Source of the DNA: an uncultured Chloroflexia bacterium
GTDB taxonomy: Bacteria; Chloroflexota; Limnocylindria; QHBO01
NCBI GenBank assembly: GCA_963814375.1
Contig: CAWFCQ010000004.1
Span: forward strand, 160,001-224,000
Reading direction: 5' to 3'
DNA length: 64,000 bases
Position 1 is the first letter of the stretch; each line of letters starts with the position of its first letter. Positions 57,124 to 64,000 of the stretch are shown piece by piece. The notes under the pieces were generated by a model. That model worked only from the letters and a program-made list of their open reading frames with translations. It made no database searches and was not told where the DNA came from. The translations under genes and the position numbers were made by a program.

Positions 57124-58439
57124 TCCGCTGGCCGGCGGCCGCGCTGCTCGCGTGCTGCATCGGCGCATTCGCCGCGGATCGGGTCAGCGCGTTCGACGGG
57201 TTCGGCGAGCCGACCGCCGACTCGACCTATGGCGAGGAGATCAGCTTCGAGGTTGCATTCGACGGGACCGCTCCCGACCGGCTCGAGCTGCTGATCAGCA
57301 CCCCCGGCAACGAGGGCTCGTTCGTCGCTCCCGTCGATCCGTCCGAGGGCAGGGCGACGTACACCTGGAACACGGCGGTCGACCATGTGACTCCGAACAC
57401 GCCGATCACCTACCAGTGGCGGGCGACCGATCGCGAGAACCTCACGCTGTCCGAGTCGGCGACGATCACCTACGACGATGACCGACCCGGCCTCGACTGG
57501 GAGCAGGCGCAGCTTGGCGAGGCGACGGTGCATTGGTACGGCGACGCCGAGAGCCAGGCGCGACGTTTCGGCGAGGTGACCGCGGTGGGCGTGGAGCGCG
57601 CCGAGAGCCTGCTCGGCAGCGAGCTCGCCGGTCCGGTCGACGTGTTCGTCTATGAGTCGCGTGACGAGTTCTTCGGTGCGCTCGGGCCGGGCGCCAGGGA
57701 ATGGACGGGAGCGGCCGCGTTCAGCGACATCCGAACCATCTTCATGTGGCTGGAGGGCGGCTCGGCGGACTATCTCGAGGTGGCGATGGTCCACGAAGTC
57801 ACTCACATCGTCTTTCACGATGCCACCGACAACTCATTCCATGAGCCTGCGCGCTGGCTGAACGAGGGGATCGCGACCTGGTCCGAGCAGGGAGATGCCG
57901 GCGCCGAGCGCTCCATCGTCGAGTCCGAGGCGGAGGGCGATGGCCTCTTCGCCTTCGAGGCGATCAGCGAGCAGTTCCCGATCGGCGAGCGCGGCAGCCG
58001 CCTCTCGTACGCCCAGGGGACGACGATGGTCGACCTCATCGTCGACAGCTACGGCCAGGAGGCAGTCGCGCGGATCGCGGCCGCCTACCGGGATGGCGCA
58101 TCCGACGACGAGGCGCTCGAGGCTGGAGCGGGGACTGCCGCCGATGAGCTGTACGCAGACTTCTTCGCAGAGTTCGGGGTGGATGAGCCGATGCCGATCG
58201 CGGCCGAGCCGATCGGCGACTCGACCGCCGAGCGCCCGGAGGTGGGCGAGGTCGATTCCGGCGGTGTCGAGCCCGGTGCAGCGCCCCAGCCACCACCCGG
58301 TGAAGCCTCGCCGGGCGAGGGCGATCCGCCTGAAACCAGCTCCACGGCGCTGGTCGTCCTCGGCGCCGTGGCGGTCGTCGGGATCGTGGCCGCGGCATTC
58401 GTCCTCCTGAGCCGTCGCGGCCGGGGGGCCGAAGAATGA
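57111..58439 (+). CDS. Peptidase MA-family (gluzincin) metalloprotease with C-terminal TM anchor
   Basis: Signal peptide, HEVTH..WLNEGIA, LSYAQG, Pro-rich linker, C-terminal TM followed by RRGR. Confidence 0.82.
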   Translation: MGRLIRWPAAALLACCIGAFAADRVSAFDGFGEPTADSTYGEEISFEVAFDGTAPDRLELLISTPGNEGSFVAPVDPSEGRATYTWNTAVDHVTPNTPITYQWRATDRENLTLSESATITYDDDRPGLDWEQAQLGEATVHWYGDAESQARRFGEVTAVGVERAESLLGSELAGPVDVFVYESRDEFFGALGPGAREWTGAAAFSDIRTIFMWLEGGSADYLEVAMVHEVTHIVFHDATDNSFHEPARWLNEGIATWSEQGDAGAERSIVESEAEGDGLFAFEAISEQFPIGERGSRLSYAQGTTMVDLIVDSYGQEAVARIAAAYRDGASDDEALEAGAGTAADELYADFFAEFGVDEPMPIAAEPIGDSTAERPEVGEVDSGGVEPGAAPQPPPGEASPGEGDPPETSSTALVVLGAVAVVGIVAAAFVLLSRRGRGAEE

Positions 58440-59221
58440 CCCGTCGCGCTCCGGCGCGCGCGCGCCTCGGCCGTCCCCAATGGGCCATCAGCGTCGCGGT
58501 GGCGCTCGGCGTCATCGGCTTCGTCGCCGCCGCCCAGTGGAACAGCTCGCTCGGGCGACAGGAGTTCGTCACCTCCGCCCAGCGGGTGCTCGTCACGGAG
58601 GCCGAACAGCTCCAGCTGGAGCAGGAGCAGCTGCGTGCCGAGATCGAGGCGGCGGAGGAGCGGGTCCTGGGCTTCCAGGAGGCCGATGTCGGATCGCAGG
58701 CAACGCGCGCGGAGATCAACCAGGAGCTCGCAGCCGCCCGCCTCGCCGCAGGGCTGACCGAGGTCACCGGTCCGGGGATGGTGCTGGAGATCGCCGACAG
58801 CCAGCGCGAGGTGCCGGTGGGCGAGTCTCCGACGAACTACATCGTCCTCGTTGACGACCTCCGGGACATCGTGACCGCTCTGTGGGCGTCGGGGGCCGAG
58901 GCCATGACCATTTCGGGCGGCGCCTCCCAGGGCGCTCCGGCCGAGCGGGTGGTGGCCACGACCTCCATCTATGGCGTCGGCGCCTCGATCCTGGTCAACA
59001 CGGCATTCCTCTCGCCGCCATTCCGCATCGAGGCCATCGGCCCCGATGGCCTCCACGAGCGGTTCCTCGCCCATCCGAGCTACCTCGGCCGCGTCTCCCA
59101 GCGGATCGAGGCCTACGGCCTCCAGTTCGCCAGCGAGCCGCGGGACGAGCTGACGCTGCCCGAGTTCATCGGCAACACCCAGCTGCGCTGGGGAGCGCCG
59201 TTCGAGAGCGAGGAGGAATGA
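58436..59221 (+). CDS. DUF881 domain protein
   Basis: AGLTEVTGPG, DLRDIVTALWASGAEAM, PPFRIEAIG. Confidence 0.88.
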   Translation: MTRRAPARARLGRPQWAISVAVALGVIGFVAAAQWNSSLGRQEFVTSAQRVLVTEAEQLQLEQEQLRAEIEAAEERVLGFQEADVGSQATRAEINQELAAARLAAGLTEVTGPGMVLEIADSQREVPVGESPTNYIVLVDDLRDIVTALWASGAEAMTISGGASQGAPAERVVATTSIYGVGASILVNTAFLSPPFRIEAIGPDGLHERFLAHPSYLGRVSQRIEAYGLQFASEPRDELTLPEFIGNTQLRWGAPFESEEE

Positions 59222-59892
59222 TGACCGCGCGGCTCGCCCAGCTGAGCCTCTTCGTCGTCGCTCTCGTGATCGGCGTGCTTCTCGTCGGACAGCTCCGTTC
59301 GCAGGCACGGCCCATCGAGCTGTCGAGCCTCTCCGCGCAGGAGCTCTCGACGCTGATCGAGACGCTCAGCGCGCGCAACGTCGAGCTGAACGACGGCCTC
59401 GCCGTACTGCGCGAGCAGATCCGCGACTACGAGCGTGCCGAGCTCCAGGGACAGTCCGACCTCACGATCAGCGAGGAGACACTCCACCGCATCAGCGCGT
59501 TCGGCGGCCTCGAGGCCGTCGAGGGGCAGGGGATCCAGATCGACGTCGAGGGATCGTTTGACCCGACGGCGGTCAACGACCTCATCTACGAGCTGCGCAA
59601 CGCCGGCGCGGAGGCGATCGCCGTCGACGACATCCGCATCACCGCCCGCTCAGTTGCAGCCCTTGGCACGGGCGCGATCGAGATCGACGGCGTCGAGATC
59701 GGGCGAAGCTTCCGGATCAGGGCCATCGGCTCGCCTGATGGGCTTCAGGCCGCGATCGAGCGACCCGGCGGCATCCTGACCCTCCTCCAGCAGTCGATCA
59801 GCGCCCGATTCACCGTCAGCCAGGTCGAGATGCTCACCGTCCCCGAGACCGAGCGCGATCTGCTGCCGCAGGCTGCGAGCGCGGTCGAGTAG
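59218..59892 (+). CDS. DUF881 domain protein
   Basis: GLEAVEGQGI, ELRNAGAEAIAV, IRAIGSP, PGG. Confidence 0.85.
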   Translation: MMTARLAQLSLFVVALVIGVLLVGQLRSQARPIELSSLSAQELSTLIETLSARNVELNDGLAVLREQIRDYERAELQGQSDLTISEETLHRISAFGGLEAVEGQGIQIDVEGSFDPTAVNDLIYELRNAGAEAIAVDDIRITARSVAALGTGAIEIDGVEIGRSFRIRAIGSPDGLQAAIERPGGILTLLQQSISARFTVSQVEMLTVPETERDLLPQAASAVE

Positions 59893-59934
59893 CCTGTGCG
59901 TCCGGACCACATCTGACCACGACACGAGGCTGCC

Positions 59935-61383
59935 GTGAACGAACTGATCGACCGGGTCCTGGATGCCGCCCAGCGAGGCGGTGCAGGGTATGCCGACGTC
60001 CGCATCGTCGAGCGTGAGAACGAGGCCCTGACCGTCAAGAACGGCGCCCTCGAGGCCGCCTCCTCGAACACCAGCGCCGGATTCGGCGTGCGCGTGCTCG
60101 TCGACGGTGCATGGGGATTCAGCTCGAGCGCGGTCCTCGAGGCGGAGGAGGGGGAGCGGATCGCGCGCGAGGCGCTCGAGATCGCGCGCGCATCGGCCAT
60201 CGCGCAGCGAGAGCCGGTCGAGCTCGACGAGACGCCACCGATCACCGATAGGTACCGCACGCCGTACGAGGAGGATCCGTTCGCGGTCTCGCTCGACGAG
60301 AAGCTCCGGATCCTGATGGACGCCGATGCGGCCATGGCCCGCGTCCCGGGCGTCGCCATCCGCGAGGGCAGCATGGTCGCGGGGCGTGAGCGAAAGACGT
60401 TCGCGTCGCTCACGGGAGCGCGGATCGAGCAGGAGATCGTCGAGGCCGGCGGAGGAATCGAGGCCACCGCCGTCAATGAATCGGAGATGCAGCAGCGCAG
60501 CTACCCCAACTCCTTCGGTGGCCAGGCCGTCACCGGCGGATTCGAGGCGGTCCGGGCGCTCGAGCTCGCCGAGAGCGCCCAGGAGACCGCGGAGCTGGCG
60601 GTCGCGCTGCTCGACGCTCCCCAGTGCCCATCCGGCGAGATGGATCTCATCCTCGACTCCACCCAGGTCGCGCTCCAGATTCACGAGTCGTGCGGCCATC
60701 CGAGCGAGCTCGATCGCGTCTTCGGCACGGAGGCCAGCTTCGCCGGAACGAGCTTCCTCACGACCGACAAGCTCGACCAGCTCCGCTACGGCAGCGAGCT
60801 GGTGACCATCGACGCCGATGCCACCGCGCCCGGGGGTCTCGGGACGTTCGGCTACGACGACGAGGGGGTGCCGGCACAGAAGGCGCCGATCATCGATCGC
60901 GGCCTCCTCGTCGGCTACCTGACCAGCCGGGAGACCGCTCCTCGCATCGGGCGCCGCAGCATGGGCAGCGCGCGCGCATGGACATGGAGCCACATTCCGC
61001 TCATCCGGATGACGAACATCAACCTGCGTCCGGGCGATGCCGGGAGCCTGGAGGACCTGATCGCCGATACGAGCGACGGCATCTTCATGAGCATCAACAA
61101 GAGCTGGTCGATCGACGATCGCCGCCTCAACTTCCAGTTCGGCGACCAGGCCGGCTGGATCATCAAGAACGGCAAGCGCACGCAGCTGGTGAAGAACCCG
61201 ACCTACACCGGCATCACTCCCGAGTTCTGGGGCAGCTGCGACGCGATCTGCGGACAGGACGAATGGACGCTGTGGGGCCTGCCGAACTGCGGCAAGGGCG
61301 AGCCGATGCAGGTCGGCCATGTCGGCCACGGGGCGGCCCCCGCGCGATTCCGCGGCGTGAAGGTTGGGGTGGGACGATGGTAG
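59935..61383 (+). CDS. tldD: TldD metalloprotease
   Basis: GFGVRVLVDGAWGF, IHESCGHPSELDR, YDDEG, RMTNINL, NCGKGEP. Confidence 0.9.
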   Translation: MNELIDRVLDAAQRGGAGYADVRIVERENEALTVKNGALEAASSNTSAGFGVRVLVDGAWGFSSSAVLEAEEGERIAREALEIARASAIAQREPVELDETPPITDRYRTPYEEDPFAVSLDEKLRILMDADAAMARVPGVAIREGSMVAGRERKTFASLTGARIEQEIVEAGGGIEATAVNESEMQQRSYPNSFGGQAVTGGFEAVRALELAESAQETAELAVALLDAPQCPSGEMDLILDSTQVALQIHESCGHPSELDRVFGTEASFAGTSFLTTDKLDQLRYGSELVTIDADATAPGGLGTFGYDDEGVPAQKAPIIDRGLLVGYLTSRETAPRIGRRSMGSARAWTWSHIPLIRMTNINLRPGDAGSLEDLIADTSDGIFMSINKSWSIDDRRLNFQFGDQAGWIIKNGKRTQLVKNPTYTGITPEFWGSCDAICGQDEWTLWGLPNCGKGEPMQVGHVGHGAAPARFRGVKVGVGRW

Positions 61384-62744
61384 CCACGCGCACCGACATC
61401 GACGCGCTCCTCGACCGGGCGCTGGCGCACTCGAGCGCCGACCAGTCGGAGGCGCTCTATCTCGGCCAGGACTCCGCGCTGACGCGGTTCGCGACGAACC
61501 AGATCCACCAGAACGTGCGCGAGCACGACGCACAGCTCCAGGTCCGTGTCATCCACGGCGACCGGATCGGCGTCGCCAGCACCAACCGGCTCGATGAGGC
61601 CGGCATTCGCGACGTGGTCGCGCGCGCCGAGGCCATCGCCGAGCGTTCTGCGCCGAACCCGCGTGCGGCTGTCATGCCCGAGGCCGATGGACGAGAGCAC
61701 GATCCTGACCTCGGGTTCGTGCCGGCCACCGCGGACGCCGGCGCCGACGTGCGCGCTCGCGGCGCCCGGGCGGTCATCGACGCCGGCGAGGCCGCCAAGC
61801 TCCAGACGGCGGGCTCGTTCGCGACCTCGGTCATGACGATCGCGGCAGCCAACTCGAAGGGGATCCGGGCGGAGCATCGCTCGACGCGCTCAACGCTGCT
61901 GACGGTGATGATGGACGGGTTCGCGTCGGGTGCCGCCTCCGGCTACGCGCAGGCCGGCTCCCCGGATGTCGGCGAGATCGACGCCGAGGCGCTGGGCGCC
62001 GAGGCCGCATCCAAGGGCGACCGGATGCGCGGCGCCACGAGCCTGGAGGCGGGGGAGTACGAGGTCATCCTCGAGGAGTACGCGGTCGCCGGCCTGCTCG
62101 AATATCTCTCCTACATCGGCTTCTCCGGTCTTGCGCACGAGGAGGGCCGCTCGTTCATGGAGCTCGGCAGCCGGGTGATGGGCGAGAACGTGTCGATCTG
62201 GGATGACGGCGCCGATCCGTCGGGCATGCCCGGCCCGATCGACTTCGAGGGCGTCGTGCGTCGCCGCGTCGACCTCATCGAGGCCGGGATGGCGAAGGCG
62301 GTCGTCCACGACGCCGCGACGGGCGCCCGGGCGGGCACCGGCTCAACCGGCCACGGCCTCCCGGCGCCGAATCTGACGGGGCCGATGGCCCTCAACCTGT
62401 TCATGGCGCCGGGCACGGCGGCGCGCGACGAGCTGATATCCGGGGTGAAGCGCGGCGTGTGGGTCACGCGCTTCCACTACATCAACCCCGTGCACCCGAA
62501 GAAGGCGATCCTGACGGGCATGACCAAGGATGGGACCTTCCTCATCGAGGATGGAAAGCTGGCCGGCCCGCTGCTGAACTTCCGCTTCACGCAGTCGATC
62601 CCGGAGGCGTTCAGCGACGTTCGGGCAGCCAGCCGCGAGACGAAGCTCGTGCCCGGCGAGTTCTTCGGTGCTGCACGCGTCCCCGCCCTCCATCTCGGCT
62701 CCTTCAACTTCACCGGGGTGACGGCCGCCGAGGGCGCCGGGTGA
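61377..62744 (+). CDS. tldE: TldE/PmbA family protein
   Basis: LTRFATNQIHQN, DFEG, STGH, TRFHY, LTGMTKDGTFLIEDG; no HExxH; follows tldD. Confidence 0.85.
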   Translation: MVATRTDIDALLDRALAHSSADQSEALYLGQDSALTRFATNQIHQNVREHDAQLQVRVIHGDRIGVASTNRLDEAGIRDVVARAEAIAERSAPNPRAAVMPEADGREHDPDLGFVPATADAGADVRARGARAVIDAGEAAKLQTAGSFATSVMTIAAANSKGIRAEHRSTRSTLLTVMMDGFASGAASGYAQAGSPDVGEIDAEALGAEAASKGDRMRGATSLEAGEYEVILEEYAVAGLLEYLSYIGFSGLAHEEGRSFMELGSRVMGENVSIWDDGADPSGMPGPIDFEGVVRRRVDLIEAGMAKAVVHDAATGARAGTGSTGHGLPAPNLTGPMALNLFMAPGTAARDELISGVKRGVWVTRFHYINPVHPKKAILTGMTKDGTFLIEDGKLAGPLLNFRFTQSIPEAFSDVRAASRETKLVPGEFFGAARVPALHLGSFNFTGVTAAEGAG

Positions 62745-62746
62745 GG

Positions 62747-62956
62747 ATGGCGCCGCCGCTCGCGCTGCGGATCGGTGACCGGCTCCGCCTGCGCAAGGAG
62801 CACCCCTGTGGCAGCCGAGACTGGGATGTCGTTCGGCTCGGTGCGGACATCGGCCTGGTGTGCGAGGGCTGCGGCCACCGCATCCTGATGGACCGCCTCG
62901 ACGTCGAGCGCCGATTCACCGAGTACCTGGCGCGCGGCCCCGAGGCGGACGCGTAG
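62747..62956 (+). CDS. DUF951 family protein
   Basis: LRKEHPCGS..W...RLGADIGLVCEGCGHRILM. Confidence 0.9.
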   Translation: MAPPLALRIGDRLRLRKEHPCGSRDWDVVRLGADIGLVCEGCGHRILMDRLDVERRFTEYLARGPEADA

Positions 62957-62959
62957 GGC

Positions 62960-64000
62960 ATGGCGCACGTCGACCTGCCATCCGACGGCGCCGGCGACTT
63001 CACCGGCGCCGGAACCGTCTTCCGGAATCGGTCGTTCGTCTTCCTCTGGTCCGCCCAGACCCTGAGCCAGCTGGCGAGCAACATGGTCCTCGCCGCGCTG
63101 ATGGCGACCGTGCACCGGTCCACGGGCGGTTCCGACACTTCCGTCGCGATCCTGCTCCTCACCTTCCTCGTCCCCGCCGTGCTGTTCAGCACGCTGGGTG
63201 GGGTGCTCGTCGAGCGCAGCAACGCACGGGTCATCATGCTCGCCACGAACATCGTCCGCGCCGTCGGCACGATCGGGTTCATCTTCGTGGCTCCCTCGAC
63301 CACCGACGCGAACGTCCCGCTCATTTACGTCATCAACTTCGGGATCGCCACGGCGACGGCCATCTTCGCGCCGGCGGAGCTCACCGCCATCCCGCGCATC
63401 GTCGACCGCCGGAACCTGATGGCGGCCAACTCGATCTTCGTCCTCACCATCAACGCGACCTTCGCGATCGGCTTCGGGTTCCTGGGCCCGCTCATCCTCA
63501 ACGTCTTCGGGTCGATCGCGGTCTACGCCGTGGTGGCGTTCATGTTCGGCGCCGCGGCGCTGGCGATCATCCCGCTGCCGGCGATCCGCCCTGACCACGT
63601 AGTCGCTTCCGCCGGCAACGCGGCCGGACGCGCCATGCAGGAGCTGTTCAGCCAGATGGGGGAGGGCGTCACCTTCGTCAGGCGCCACCACAAGATCGCC
63701 TGGAGCCTGGCCTACCTGGGCATCAGCTCGAGCCTCATCGGGGTCCTCGGCGCGATCGGTCCCGGGTTCGCCACCGACGTCCTGGGCCTGACCAGCGAGA
63801 ACTTCTTCTTCATCATGGGCCCGGCCGGGCTGGGAGCCATCCTGGGCATCCTCTTCCTCAACTCGTACGGGAAGGGCATCCCGAAGCGGCTCGTCATCGA
63901 CGTCGGCCTGGTCGCCATGGGGGTCACGCTGGTCCTTCTCGCGATCGTCAAGCCGGTGGCGAACGCGGTCGGTGGCGCGGCCACGCCGCTCGAGGAGGCG
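62960..64000 (+). CDS. MFS transporter (3' truncated by window edge)
   Basis: FRNRSFVFLWSAQTLSQ, GGVLVERSNARVIM, FAPAELTAIP, multiple TM helices. Confidence 0.88.
   Translation, partial: MAHVDLPSDGAGDFTGAGTVFRNRSFVFLWSAQTLSQLASNMVLAALMATVHRSTGGSDTSVAILLLTFLVPAVLFSTLGGVLVERSNARVIMLATNIVRAVGTIGFIFVAPSTTDANVPLIYVINFGIATATAIFAPAELTAIPRIVDRRNLMAANSIFVLTINATFAIGFGFLGPLILNVFGSIAVYAVVAFMFGAAALAIIPLPAIRPDHVVASAGNAAGRAMQELFSQMGEGVTFVRRHHKIAWSLAYLGISSSLIGVLGAIGPGFATDVLGLTSENFFFIMGPAGLGAILGILFLNSYGKGIPKRLVIDVGLVAMGVTLVLLAIVKPVANAVGGAATPLEEA

Overview
A very GC-rich, gene-dense bacterial chromosomal window. Gene content and order suggest Chloroflexota, possibly Limnocylindria/Ellin6529 (inference). It holds about 72 CDS and 2 tRNAs (Pro-GGG, Arg-CCT). 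There is no prophage, transposase or CRISPR array. Housekeeping blocks: recN-xerD-punA-scpAB-rluB-cmk-plsC-ispH, der-gpsA, guaD/moeA/moaCB, FadF-ACAD-ETF, nrdR-dcd and tldD/E. Accessory modules: (i) a PTS-independent amino-sugar (chitosan-oligomer-like) utilisation locus with a clear operator; (ii) a copper/thiol-redox cluster at 43.2-50.2 kb, made of a CopC-CopD-cytochrome c fusion, a Cys-less cupredoxin-like lipoprotein, a FedB-like membrane protein with a 6-Cys insert, CcdA, TlpA, a glutaredoxin-like protein and a blue-copper lipoprotein. Module (ii) is the best candidate for an undescribed system. Non-coding signals: at least 14 genes have a TAnnnT box 6-9 nt before the start codon (leaderless-type), a perfect 16-bp palindrome lies before ispH, an NrdR box precedes nrdR-dcd, CGGAATC repeats precede an Lrp gene, and there is an 82-nt intergenic hairpin. 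Five +1 frameshifts look like sequencing errors. All product calls come from motif recognition by eye; no database search was run.
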